Notes: a model not told the origin generated them from the sequence alone. A stretch of 64,000 nt of DNA from an uncultured Clostridium sp. (GCA_948469315.1 CAOKLQ010000009.1:11168-75167); one strand, 5' to 3'. Shown: positions 29,103-39,597, counted from the first letter of the stretch. Numbers and translations are program-made.

Positions 29103-30026
29103 ATGAAAATTGGAAAATTAGAAGAAGTAGATATTAGAGAATTATGGAAGCATGAACAATATAACTTTTCAGATTGGTTAGCTAAAAAGGAAAATATTGA
29201 AAACTTAAATAATATATTAGGATTAACTTTAGTTGATATTAGTAAAGAAACTTATGTAGGGACTTATAGATGTGACTTATTTGCTAAAGATGAAACAACA
29301 GGTACTAAGGTTATTATTGAAAACCAACTTGAAATATCTAATCATGATCATTTAGGAAAAATAATTACTTATGCTTCTGGATTAGATGCAAAAGTTATTG
29401 TATGGATTGTAAAAGAAGCAAGAGAAGAACACAGAAGTGCTATTGAATGGTTAAATAATAATACTAATAGCAATGCAAATTTCTTCCTAATAGAAATTCA
29501 TGCGTATAAAATAGGAGACTCAGATAAAGCTCCTATGTTTCAGGTTGTAGAACAACCAAATGACTTTATAAAGAAAAATAAGTCTTTCAATAATAATGAT
29601 AGCATGAATAAATCACAATCTCAGAGAATTGAATTTTGGAATCAATTTAATGATGTAATTATAGAAAGAGGAAAGCCATTTAATGTAAGAAAAGCCACTA
29701 CTGATCATTGGTATAATGTTGCTATAGGTACAAGTGAAGCCCATATTGATATTACGCTAGTTAATAAAGATTCTGTAATTGGTGTAGAATTATATATAAC
29801 TGATAATAAAGGATTATTTGATAAACTTTATAATAAAAAAGATGATATAGAAGCAGATTTAGGATTTAAATTAGATTGGAGGAGATTAGATAACAGTAAA
29901 GCTTCAAGAATAATTTATCATATTAAAGGGCTAAATTTTGAAGATCATAGTAATTATAATGAATTAATGAATAGGACAATAGATATAGCAGTATTAATGA
30001 GAGACACATTTAAAAAATACATATAA
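29103..30026 (+). CDS. DUF4268-type protein with N-terminal PD-(D/E)xK-like nuclease core
   Basis: The N-terminal half RCDLFAKDETTGTKVIIENQLEISNHDHLGKIITYASG matches the D...ExQ nuclease-like core seen in this family. The C-terminal half is FWNQFND...WYNVAIG...VELYI...DLGFKLDWRRL. It sits directly upstream of an R-M system. Confidence 0.65.
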   Translation: MKIGKLEEVDIRELWKHEQYNFSDWLAKKENIENLNNILGLTLVDISKETYVGTYRCDLFAKDETTGTKVIIENQLEISNHDHLGKIITYASGLDAKVIVWIVKEAREEHRSAIEWLNNNTNSNANFFLIEIHAYKIGDSDKAPMFQVVEQPNDFIKKNKSFNNNDSMNKSQSQRIEFWNQFNDVIIERGKPFNVRKATTDHWYNVAIGTSEAHIDITLVNKDSVIGVELYITDNKGLFDKLYNKKDDIEADLGFKLDWRRLDNSKASRIIYHIKGLNFEDHSNYNELMNRTIDIAVLMRDTFKKYI

Positions 30027-30079
30027 TATATATTTGAGTACTATATAAACAACTTATTGTATTATTATATTAAGTAAAG

Positions 30080-31885
30080 ATGGGAGAAAACATGGATACA
30101 AATAGATTAAAAATTTTAGCAAAAGTAATAGAAGAATCAAAAAAGTATATAGAAAATGAAAGCGAGATTCCTATTGAGTTTCAGAAAATATTGTTTCCTT
30201 CTGGAAGAAAGGAATGTGAGTTAGTTTATGCTGGAAAGGAAAGTGCTGAAGAAATAATATCAAAAGTAATTGCAGTTCCATTACAAGAAGAAAAGATATT
30301 TCCTTCAAATTATAAAAAGTCCCAAAATGACTGGATTAATAAATTGATTTTTGGAGATAATATACAAGTTTTAAAAAGTTTAGTTAAATATAAAGAAAAA
30401 GGAATGCTTAAAAATCCCGATGGAACAGATGGAATAAAATTAATTTACATTGATCCGCCTTTTTCAACAAGAAGAGATTTTAAAACTTCAAGTGAGGATC
30501 AAAAAGCGTATTCTGATAAAAAAGCTGGAGCAGACTTTCTAGAATGGTTAAGAAAAAGATTAATTTTATTAAAAGAGGTGCTTTGCGATGATGGATCAAT
30601 TTATGTACATTTAGATAATAAAAAAGTTGCTTATGTAAAAGTTTTAATGGATGAAATTTTTGGGGAAAACAATTTTAGAAGTTCGATAATTTGGGATACA
30701 TCAATTCCATATGTCGCAGGAAATAAATGGCTATCACCTAATTGGATTTATTCTCAAGCTACAATTTTATATTATACAAAGTCAAAAACAGACTATGTGT
30801 TTAATAAAGAATATGAAGAAATTATACAACCATCAGGAGACATTTCTAAAAAGCCTATAAAAGATGTATGGTGTGATATTAAAAACTTTGCAGGATTTTT
30901 AGGAGCTAAAGATTATAAAAGTAAATATCCAACACAAAAGCCAGAAGATTTAATAAAAAGAATAATTAAGGCTTCGTCAAATGAAGGAGATATTGTTTTA
31001 GATTGTTTTGCAGGATCTGGGACTACACCAGCTGTTGCAGAAAAGCTTAATAGAAAATGGATAGCAATTGATGTAGGAAAATTGTCAATTTATACTATTC
31101 AAAAAAGATTATTACATACGAAGAATATTAATCCATTTGCAGTATATTCAGCAGGACTATATGATGAAGAAAAATTAAACCAATTTGATGAATATAACTG
31201 GAAGTTATTTGTAATGCAATCATGGGGATGTACACCTAAATCAGAGAAAATTAAAAATTTTGAATTTGAGGGAACTAAAAATGGAGATTTAGTTAAAGTA
31301 TATTCACCACATGAGTTAAAAAAGATTGGAGCAAAAATTTCTATAGAAACATTAAATTCAATTTATTTAAGAATTGGAGAAGCTGCAGGTAGAAATGTAT
31401 TTATTATAGCACCTAAAGGAAGATTTGCTTTTGCAGAAGATGAAATTGAAATAGGAAATGTAACATTTAATATATTAAGAGTACCATATTCTATGTTAGC
31501 TAAATATACAGAAGACTTTTCTATTCCAATTCAGCCAAGAGATTCAAAAAATGTAAATGAAGCTGTTGAATCTATTGGATTTGACTTTGTTCAACCACCT
31601 GAAGTAGACTTTTTAATTAAAGATGATAATTTAATTATTAATAAATTTCAAAGTAATAGTAGAATAAAAGGTGAAGAAGAATCTTCTTTATCAATGGTTT
31701 TAATAGATTACAGTTATGATGGTAAGATATTTGATTTAGATGATGTTTTATATGAAAATAACTTTCATGAAAATAAAGCAAAATTTGATACAAGTAAAAT
31801 TGATAAAAAAGCCATGCTAATATTTATAGATAATGCAGGAAATGAAAGAAAGGTGGTAATAAATGAAGGACAAGATAAGAATTAA
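30080..31885 (+). CDS. mod: Type III R-M DNA methyltransferase (Mod; beta-class N6A/N4C MTase)
   Basis: Catalytic motif IV (IYIDPPFS) precedes the AdoMet motif I (DCFAGSGTT) with a variable region between, which is the beta-class order. The gene overlaps the downstream res by 23 nt. An alternative start at ATG 30092 sits just after GGGAGA. Confidence 0.85.
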   Translation: MGENMDTNRLKILAKVIEESKKYIENESEIPIEFQKILFPSGRKECELVYAGKESAEEIISKVIAVPLQEEKIFPSNYKKSQNDWINKLIFGDNIQVLKSLVKYKEKGMLKNPDGTDGIKLIYIDPPFSTRRDFKTSSEDQKAYSDKKAGADFLEWLRKRLILLKEVLCDDGSIYVHLDNKKVAYVKVLMDEIFGENNFRSSIIWDTSIPYVAGNKWLSPNWIYSQATILYYTKSKTDYVFNKEYEEIIQPSGDISKKPIKDVWCDIKNFAGFLGAKDYKSKYPTQKPEDLIKRIIKASSNEGDIVLDCFAGSGTTPAVAEKLNRKWIAIDVGKLSIYTIQKRLLHTKNINPFAVYSAGLYDEEKLNQFDEYNWKLFVMQSWGCTPKSEKIKNFEFEGTKNGDLVKVYSPHELKKIGAKISIETLNSIYLRIGEAAGRNVFIIAPKGRFAFAEDEIEIGNVTFNILRVPYSMLAKYTEDFSIPIQPRDSKNVNEAVESIGFDFVQPPEVDFLIKDDNLIINKFQSNSRIKGEEESSLSMVLIDYSYDGKIFDLDDVLYENNFHENKAKFDTSKIDKKAMLIFIDNAGNERKVVINEGQDKN

Positions 31886-34373
31886 AGAAAAGAACTTAGT
31901 TTTAGATGTTAGTGATAATGTAAATATAGAAGTATGGGATGAATCTAAGTATTATAATTTTGTTGATAATTTAGTAGGAAATAGGACCTACCAAAAAGAA
32001 GCAATACTAACTGCTTTGAAATTTATGTGCAGTGGTGAATATAAAAATACAAGTCAGTTAGCATATGAAAATTTTACAAAAAACGAATTAATTAAAGATG
32101 CATATGTAACATATGAAAACTTTGAAAGAAAGTTAAGTTTTCCTAATAGTTACTCAGCATCTATAGATTTAGCAACAGGAACAGGTAAAAGCTGGGTTAT
32201 GTATGCAATTGCTACAATAATGTTAGCTGAAGGAAAAGTAGATCAAGTATTAGTATTAGTGCCAAGTGTTACAATAGAAGAAGAACTAACAAAAAAATTT
32301 AGAAAATTTGCAATTGATGAAAATTTAAATGGTGCTTTAAAAAGTGTCCCACCAAAAATAACTAATGGATCTGAAAGTATAGTAAAAGGATGTATTTGTA
32401 TAGAAAATAGAGATGCTGTATATAAAAATTCAAGTAGTTCAATTTTAGATAGTTTAAATGGAAAAGGTCAAAAGACATTACTTTTATGTGATGAAGTCCA
32501 TCATGTATATTATTCTGAAGAAAACGAATGGAAATCATTTGTTGAAAAGATAAACTTTAAATATAATATTGGATTATCAGGAACATGCTATTATAAAGAT
32601 AATACATACTTTTCTAATGTTATATATAGATATTCGCTAAAACAAGCTATAGAAGATAGAAGAGTTAAATTGGTAGAATATGTTTCAGAAAGTAATATTC
32701 CAGTAAAAGATGAAGATAAGTGGAAAGTTATAATAAACTCTCATGAAGAAATAAAAAAGAAGATAAATTATCTACCATTAACACTTATAGTTACTGCAAA
32801 TGTAAATTCATGTAAAAAGAAAGCTAGTGAATTCAAAAGATTTTTAAAAGAATCTCTAAAATTAAATGATGAAGAAGTAAATGAAAAAGTTTTGATAATT
32901 CACTCAAAGTCTGATGCAGCATTAGATAGAATTAAATTAAAAAGTGTAGATAATTTAGATAGTAAAGTTGAATGGATATTTTCAGTTTCAATGCTAACAG
33001 AAGGCTGGGATGTAAAAAGAGTATTTCAAATTGTTCCTGACGAAGAAAGAGCATTTAATTCAAAATTATTAATAGCACAAGTATTAGGTAGAGGATTAAG
33101 AATACCAGTAAATTGGGATTATCAAGAAATGGGATTACCTAAAGTTACTATATTTAATCATGCAAAATGGGCAAGTAGTGTGAAAAAACTAGTTGACGAA
33201 GTTTTAGAAATTGAAAAGAAATTGTCAAATTCAATAATAGAAGATTCAGAATATAATTTTGAATTATTAAATGTTGATTATAAGCCAGATAAAATAGTCA
33301 CTAAAATAAAGAAAGAGGGAATGTATAACTTATTTGATAAAGGATATATTGTATTGCCAACTGATAGTCAAAATGAAACAATTAATGCAGATTTTGTTGA
33401 GGCTAATACTGATAAGATTAGATCGTGGATTACAACTATTTATCATAAGACTTATACTATAGATGATGTAGCAACTGCTATGTGGTATAAATTTGATGAA
33501 TTATCTGATGGTGAAGATAAGAATGAAGAACTTTGTAAAAAATATAAAGAAAAGTGGACAGTAGATAAATTAAAGAAAGTAATAAGTTTATCATTAGAGA
33601 AATCGGGAAATAATGAGATAACTGAAAAGCTAAAGCAGAAATTTCTATCTTCTATTGGAGTAATTTTTAGACAAGGTAGTTCATTTGTTGATTACAAAAT
33701 AATACCAGATAATTTTACTCAAATATCAACTAAAAGTATGCATAAAGATTATGTGAGTGCAAGTGCTTTAAACAAGGAGAAGGTTCTATTTTGGACATCA
33801 AGAACTGAGAAATATTTAAGTGAAGAAGAAATTGAGTTTTTTAATGAAGTTATAGATACTACTAATGCATATAGGCAAAAAGAAGTTAGAAATATTTACG
33901 ATTTTAAAACACCTCAAACATTTGTTATAGCAGACAGTGATCCAGAAAAGGAATTTATAAAGAAATTGACTGAGTTAAGAAATAACAATATAAAAAGTTG
34001 GGTAAAATCAAATTCTAAAGGATTCTACTCTTTTGAATACTCATGGAGAAAAGGTGAACATGCTCAAAGAGGGATATTCAATCCTGACTTCTTTATAATT
34101 TTTATGAATAGAGTTTTAGTAGTTGAAATAAAAAGTGATGAGCAAATAGCTAATCCTGAACCTGAAAATATAGGAAAACACAAAGCTGCAATAGAGCACT
34201 TTAAAGCTATAAATGAAAAGCTACATAAAGATAACAAGGATATAAGATATAAATTTACAATGTTAACTCCTAGGAACTATGAAGTCTTCTTTAATAAGTT
34301 GAATTCTGGAGACGTTTCTGATATAGATAGTTTTAATAGTGAATTAGATGCAACAATTTTGGAAAATAACTAA
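31863..34373 (+). CDS. res: Type III restriction enzyme Res subunit (SF2 helicase + C-terminal PD-(D/E)xK nuclease)
   Basis: It has Walker A LATGTGKSW, DEAH box LLCDEVHH and helicase motif VI QVLGRGLR. The C-terminal nuclease motif is NPDFFIIF...VLVVEIKSDE. Confidence 0.85.
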   Translation: MKDKIRIKEKNLVLDVSDNVNIEVWDESKYYNFVDNLVGNRTYQKEAILTALKFMCSGEYKNTSQLAYENFTKNELIKDAYVTYENFERKLSFPNSYSASIDLATGTGKSWVMYAIATIMLAEGKVDQVLVLVPSVTIEEELTKKFRKFAIDENLNGALKSVPPKITNGSESIVKGCICIENRDAVYKNSSSSILDSLNGKGQKTLLLCDEVHHVYYSEENEWKSFVEKINFKYNIGLSGTCYYKDNTYFSNVIYRYSLKQAIEDRRVKLVEYVSESNIPVKDEDKWKVIINSHEEIKKKINYLPLTLIVTANVNSCKKKASEFKRFLKESLKLNDEEVNEKVLIIHSKSDAALDRIKLKSVDNLDSKVEWIFSVSMLTEGWDVKRVFQIVPDEERAFNSKLLIAQVLGRGLRIPVNWDYQEMGLPKVTIFNHAKWASSVKKLVDEVLEIEKKLSNSIIEDSEYNFELLNVDYKPDKIVTKIKKEGMYNLFDKGYIVLPTDSQNETINADFVEANTDKIRSWITTIYHKTYTIDDVATAMWYKFDELSDGEDKNEELCKKYKEKWTVDKLKKVISLSLEKSGNNEITEKLKQKFLSSIGVIFRQGSSFVDYKIIPDNFTQISTKSMHKDYVSASALNKEKVLFWTSRTEKYLSEEEIEFFNEVIDTTNAYRQKEVRNIYDFKTPQTFVIADSDPEKEFIKKLTELRNNNIKSWVKSNSKGFYSFEYSWRKGEHAQRGIFNPDFFIIFMNRVLVVEIKSDEQIANPEPENIGKHKAAIEHFKAINEKLHKDNKDIRYKFTMLTPRNYEVFFNKLNSGDVSDIDSFNSELDATILENN

Positions 34374-34505
34374 TATAGATAAAAGAGTGTACTAATAAAG
34401 TAACTCTTTTATTAATATTTATTTATAAGAATTATTATAAATAAGCTTTTGTAATTATATTATAAAAAATATAAATAATTAACAAATAATAAGTAAGGAG
34501 AAAAA

Positions 34506-36783
34506 ATGGATAAAATAATACAAATAATATCAGAAGAATTAAATATAAAATATACACGGAGTAGAAGCTGCAGTAAAATTAATAGATGAAGGAAACACTA
34601 TACCATTTATTGCACGTTACAGAAAAGAAGCAACAGGAGGTCTAAGTGATGAAATTTTAAGAGAACTAGGAGAAAGACTAAATTACCTAAGAAATTTAGA
34701 ACAAAGAAAACAAGAAGTAATAAAAAGCATAGAAGAACAAGGAAAACTAACAGATAAAATAAAAAAATCTGTAGAAATTGCAAAAACCTTAGCAGAAGTA
34801 GAAGATATATATAGACCATACAAACAAAAGAAAAAAACAAGAGCAACAATAGCAAAAGCTAAAGGATTAGAGCCACTAGCTAAAATAATATATGAACAAA
34901 AAGAAACCAAAGACATAAACGAAATTGCAAAACAATACATAAATGTAGGGGTGGCGTCCTTAGACGACCCAAATATATCAAAACCTACAGACAAATCTAT
35001 GTCAGACACCGTAGGGGTGAACCACCTGTGTGACCTAAACGCACCAGAACCTACAACAAACAAAACATTAAATGACAACACTGTCTCAACTGCACAAGAA
35101 GCAATTGGGGGAGCCCTAGACATAATTGCAGAAATAATATCAGACGAACCAAAATATAGAAAAGAAATAAAACGTTTATGTTATAAAATGGGACTTATAA
35201 AAACAAAAGCAGTAGATGAAGAAGGAAAATCAAGTTATGAAATGTATTACGACTTCTCAGAAACAATTAAAACAATCCCAAGCCATAGAATACTTGCAAT
35301 AAATAGAGGAGAAAAAGAAAAATTTTTAAAAGTATCGTTAGAAAAACCAGAAGACCAAATAATAGGGTATATAAATAAAGATGTAATAAAAGGGAAAACA
35401 CAATTTACAACCATGTTAGAAGAAACTATACAAGATAGTTATAAAAGACTAATAGAGCCATCTATAGATAGAGAAATACGATCAGACCTAAGTGACAAAG
35501 CTGAAGAAAAAGCAATAAAAGTATTTGGACATAATGCAAAACAATTATTATTAGGAGCACCAATAAAAGACATAGTAGTTATGGGATTTGATCCTGCATA
35601 TAGAACAGGATGTAAAATAGCAATTATAGATGATACAGGTAAGTTATTAGACTATACAACAGTATATCCAACTCAGCCTCAAAACGATGTAGAGAAAGCT
35701 CAAAAAGAATTATTAAAACTAATAGAAAAATATAGTGTAAATATGATAGCAATAGGTAATGGAACAGCTTCAAGAGAATCTGAAATGTTTGTAGCAGAAA
35801 TGATAAAAAATGCTAAACATGAAGTGTTATATACAATTGTAAGTGAAGCAGGAGCATCAGTCTATTCAGCATCAAAACTTGCAACAGAGGAATATCCAGA
35901 TATCAATGTTTCAATAAGAGGAGCAATCTCAATTGCAAGACGTTTGCAAGATCCACTTGCTGAACTTGTAAAAATAGATCCAAAAGCAATAGGAGTAGGA
36001 CAATATCAACATGATGTAAATCAAAAGAAACTAGAGGAAAGTCTAGCAGGAGTGGTAGAAGGTGCAGTTAACAAAGTAGGAGTAGATGTGAACACAGCAA
36101 CATCATCACTTCTTTCATATATATCAGGTCTAAATAAAACAATAAGTAAAAACATTGTAAAATATAGGGACGAAAATGGAAAACTAAAAAATAGAAAACA
36201 GTTATTAAAAGTGCCTAAGCTTGGAAAAGTAGCATATGAGCAATGTGCAGGATTTTTAAGAATAATAGGAGGAGATAATCCAATAGATACTACTGCTGTT
36301 CACCCAGAAAGTTATGAAGCAGTAGAAAAGTTACTACAAAAAATAGGTTATCAAAAAGAAGATTTATTGCATAAAGAAAAAATAAAAAAATTAAGAGCAA
36401 AATTAAATGAGTTAAAGTTAAATGAGGTTGCTGGGGAATTAGAAATAGGGGAAATGACATTATCGGACATTATAGAAGAACTATCAAGACCAGGAAGGGA
36501 CGTAAGAGATGAAATGCCAAAACCTATATTAAGACAAGATGTACTAAAATTTGAAGATCTAAAAGAAGGAATGATATTAACAGGGACTATAAGAAATGTA
36601 ATAGATTTTGGAGCATTTGTGGATATAGGAGTAAAACATGATGGACTTGTCCACATATCAGAACTATCAGACAAATTCGTAAAAAATCCATCAGATATAG
36701 TGTCAATTGGAGATATTGTAAAAGTAAAAGTAATAGGAATAGATAATGAAAAACAAAAAGTAAAATTATCAATGAAAATATAA
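34506..36783 (+). CDS. tex: Tex/YhgF-like transcription accessory protein (S1 domain), read across a +1 junction at 34557-34560 and carrying a ~44-codon in-frame repeat insertion
   Basis: ATG 34506 follows AAGGAGA and gives MDKIIQIISEELNIKYT in frame 0. The +1 frame gives GVEAAVKLIDEGNTIPFIARYRKEATGGLSDE... through the YqgF/RuvC-like, HhH and C-terminal S1 domains (GTIRNVIDFGAFVDIG...GLVHISELS). The ORF track shows only 34951..36783 because that frame has no start codon before 34951. Confidence 0.85.
34557..34560 (+). other. +1 frame junction at in-frame CGG-A (ACA CGG A) in tex
   Basis: Ten nt lie between ELNIK and VEAAVKL where orthologues have 3 residues. Skipping C gives ELNIKYTGVEAAVKL. 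Frame 0 stops 10 codons later. Confidence 0.6.
34944..35076. repeat. Two tandem ~66-nt GC-rich repeat units inserted in frame within tex
   Basis: The units begin TGTAGGGGTGGCGTCC... and CGTAGGGGTGAACCACC... and end ...GTCAGACAC / ...AAATGAC. They encode VGVASLDDPNISKPTDKSMSDTVGVNHLCDLNAPEPTTNKTLND between conserved AKQYIN and VSTAQEAIGGALDIIAE. Confidence 0.7.
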
Positions 36784-36793
36784 AATCAAATAC

Positions 36794-36981
36794 CGTAGAG
36801 GCGGACGGCCCTGTCCGCCCGAACAAATTAAAACCGACAAACAAACCAACGTCAAATATTGTAGGGGGTTGGCGTACCTAAGGGTATAACGGATTTGTAT
36901 TCTCACATTCGTTCGAACAACTCCGAAATTTCCGACGACCCGAAAACATTCTAACTAACAAATAAACAAACGTCAGACATC
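36794..36981. repeat. Two more units of the same GC-rich repeat family in the tex 3' intergenic region, the second with a 52-nt nested insert
   Basis: Unit one is CGTAGAGGCGGACGGCCCTGTCCGCCCGAACAAATTAAAACCGACAAACAAACCAACGTCAAATAT (hairpin GGCGGAC/GTCCGCC). Unit two is TGTAGGGGGTTGGCGTACCTAA[52 nt]GACGACCCGAAAACATTCTAACTAACAAATAAACAAACGTCAGACATC. Both align position by position with the units inside tex. Confidence 0.7.
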
Positions 36982-37006
36982 AAAATGAAAATTTAAGGAA
37001 TATAAA

Positions 37007-37384
37007 ATGAAAAATCAAATAATAAAAAAGATAAGCATTAATTTTTTTATATTAATGCTTATAATATTAACATATAAATTAAATATTCGAGTATGTATAA
37101 TAAATAAATTATTCTATATTCCTTGTCCTTGTTGTGGAATAACAAGATCTTTTATTTATTTACTAAAAGGAGAAATGGCAATGTCTCTAAAGTATAACAT
37201 ACTTACAATTCCTTTGTTAATTTTTTATATTATATATATGTTTTTAAAAATTAGAGATATTATAAAAAAGGACAGTTCTTTAAATGTGAAGATAACAAAA
37301 TATAAGTCATGTCTTATAATAATTGCAGTAATTTTATGTGTTATAAGTGGAATAAAAAATATTTTTAATCCATTGTTATATTAA
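37007..37384 (+). CDS. DUF2752-family membrane protein
   Basis: It is 125 aa with the signature CPCCGITRSF followed by TM helices. Confidence 0.75.
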   Translation: MKNQIIKKISINFFILMLIILTYKLNIRVCIINKLFYIPCPCCGITRSFIYLLKGEMAMSLKYNILTIPLLIFYIIYMFLKIRDIIKKDSSLNVKITKYKSCLIIIAVILCVISGIKNIFNPLLY

Positions 37385-37388
37385 AGCT

Positions 37389-37423
37389 AAAAAATAAATC
37401 CTATTTTAAAGGATTTATTTTTT
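37389..37423. terminator. Bidirectional terminator between the convergent DUF2752 and DUF975 genes
   Basis: AAAAATAAATCCT-atttt-AAGGATTTATTTTT has A-run and T-run flanks on both sides. Confidence 0.7.
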
Positions 37424-37427
37424 ATTT

Positions 37428-38168
37428 TTATTGTATTGGATCTGAACTTTCTTCTACTTTTTGAACTTCTGTATCAGTTTTTCCAGCTAAGTTTTCATAA
37501 AAAGCAATTGTTGAAATTTGTATATAAGGCATAAGCCATAATAAACCTATTCCACAAGAAAGCATTGCAAGGAACATCCAACCAATAAATGTAAGTTGTA
37601 GCCAGAAGAATTCCCATCTATGTCCAGTCATTAATTTTTCACTTTCTTGAACAGCTTCTTTTGCAGTCATATTTTCATTGTCAAATACTATGTATAAACT
37701 TAACTGATATAAATAGCTTTTGATTATTGTATATATTAAACTTACAAAATAAGCTATACCACCAATTACAGCTAAAATAACTCCAACTGATGAACCAGTT
37801 GCTGACATAGCTATTCCTATAACCATAACTATTATTGAAACAATAACTAGAATTGCTGGAACAAGAAGTTTTACTAAAGTCCAACCTATAACCCCCCATA
37901 CTTTTCCAAATGAATTAAATCCATCTGAGAAAAATCCTACATAAGAAATTTCTGTACCTCTTTTTAATTTCATCATTGTAATTAAAAATCCAAAAGATAA
38001 TACTGGAGATATAACAGTTGCAACTAAACTTCCAACAAAAGGTATAAGATTTAATACAAAGCTAATTAAATAAACTAAAACTGAAAATACTAAAGTTGCA
38101 AGTGCTGCTTTTCCCCACTTTCCTGTAAGACTTTTACGTGCCACAGCTCTTATTTCTGATGATGTCAT
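37428..38168 (-). CDS. DUF975-family integral membrane protein
   Basis: ATG 38168 follows GGGGGAA. The protein reads MTSSEIRAVARKSLTGKWGKAALATLVF..., is polytopic, and ends in an acidic tail. Confidence 0.75.
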   Translation of the reverse strand: MTSSEIRAVARKSLTGKWGKAALATLVFSVLVYLISFVLNLIPFVGSLVATVISPVLSFGFLITMMKLKRGTEISYVGFFSDGFNSFGKVWGVIGWTLVKLLVPAILVIVSIIVMVIGIAMSATGSSVGVILAVIGGIAYFVSLIYTIIKSYLYQLSLYIVFDNENMTAKEAVQESEKLMTGHRWEFFWLQLTFIGWMFLAMLSCGIGLLWLMPYIQISTIAFYENLAGKTDTEVQKVEESSDPIQ

Positions 38169-38296
38169 AATTAATTCCCCCTTTATTTTATTATATATAT
38201 TAATATATTTATTAATACCAAAATTAATGATTAACATATAAATTATAAGATATATACTTACAAAATAATATGTTAGTATATTTAAATTTATGTTAC

Positions 38297-39346
38297 TTAT
38301 AATTCATTTTGAATTTCTTGTATTTTATTATATTCATTTTCTAATAATCCTAAGAATACTTTTGTAATTTCTGGATCAAATTGTGTTCCAGAGCATCGTT
38401 TTATTTCATCTATTACTAATTTTAAAGGTAAAGGATCCCTATAAGATCTTTTAGATGTCATAGCATCAAATGTATCTGCAATTGCTGCAATTCTTGCCAT
38501 ATAAGGTATACTTTCTCCAGAAAGCTGACCTGGATAACCTCTACCATCAAATCTTTCATGATGATGTTTTACAATTGGAATAATACTTTTAAAAATTGTC
38601 GCATTAGTTAAAATATGTTCTCCAATTATAGGATGATTTTTTATTTGAGAATATTCGTCATAATCTAATTTAGACTCTTTTAATAAAATACTATCAGGTA
38701 CTCCAATTTTTCCTATATCATGGAATAAGCCACCAATTCTTAAAGTTCTTAAATCTTCTTGAGGTAACTCTAATTTTTCACCAATTAAAACAGAATATGC
38801 CGATACTCTATCAGAATGACCTCTTGTATAAGGGTCTTTTGCTTCAACCGTATATCTTAATGTTTCTATACTTTCCATATAAGCCTTTTCTAGTTCAGAA
38901 TTTGCATAAGAAAGTTCGTTATTAATTCTTTTTATTTCATTCATTTGGGCTATAGATTTAATTCCAGATTCAATCAAAAGTAATAATTGATCAAATTTAT
39001 CACTTTTCTCACAATAACCTTGAATATCTAATCTTCTAATAGTATCAAGTGGCGGAGCTAAATCCTTATGACCAGTTAAAAGTAAAATATATAGCTCTTT
39101 ATTAAACTTACGTATTTGCTCAACAACTTGATCACCATGCAAAGGATACATCATAAAATCTAGAATCATTAAATCAAAATGTTCATTTTTTATAAGTTCT
39201 ATAGCTTTAGTAGGATCTGTAACACCAGTGAAATCATAACCAGAGCGCTTTAAAAAAATAGATAAAGAATCAACAATACCCTCTTCATCATCAACAGCAA
39301 TAATTTTATATCCAGAAGATTCTACTGTCTGCATATTTTTTCTCAT
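38297..39346 (-). CDS. Response regulator: receiver domain + HD-GYP (c-di-GMP phosphodiesterase-type) output
   Basis: ATG 39346 follows GGAGGC. The receiver reads KIIAVDDEEG...DLMILDFMMYP...LLTGH, and the output domain reads GHSDRV...LFHDIGK...HHERFDGRGYP. Confidence 0.88.
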   Translation of the reverse strand: MRKNMQTVESSGYKIIAVDDEEGIVDSLSIFLKRSGYDFTGVTDPTKAIELIKNEHFDLMILDFMMYPLHGDQVVEQIRKFNKELYILLLTGHKDLAPPLDTIRRLDIQGYCEKSDKFDQLLLLIESGIKSIAQMNEIKRINNELSYANSELEKAYMESIETLRYTVEAKDPYTRGHSDRVSAYSVLIGEKLELPQEDLRTLRIGGLFHDIGKIGVPDSILLKESKLDYDEYSQIKNHPIIGEHILTNATIFKSIIPIVKHHHERFDGRGYPGQLSGESIPYMARIAAIADTFDAMTSKRSYRDPLPLKLVIDEIKRCSGTQFDPEITKVFLGLLENEYNKIQEIQNEL

Positions 39347-39597
39347 ATTATGCCTCCTACACAAATTAAACATAAATAAGTCTAATTTTAATAAAACTAT
39401 TATATATACATATTTTAATAAAATCAATAGAAATTGCTAAAAAATGTAAGAAAAGGACGAAAAATGGTTACTATTCATATACAAAATTCCGAAATATATA
39501 TTTTACGGGCCATTAGTAATGGCTCATTTTTCAAAGGATAAGAAAAAAACAAGGAAATGGACTTTTATATTGATACAAAAGTCCACCACTTTGTCTA

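Noticed and set aside
34944-35076. Intein or genuine extra domain in Tex
   Set aside because: At ~44 aa it is far too short for an intein and lacks the Cys/Ser...HN splice motifs. The DNA is a copy of an intergenic repeat found 1.7 kb downstream.
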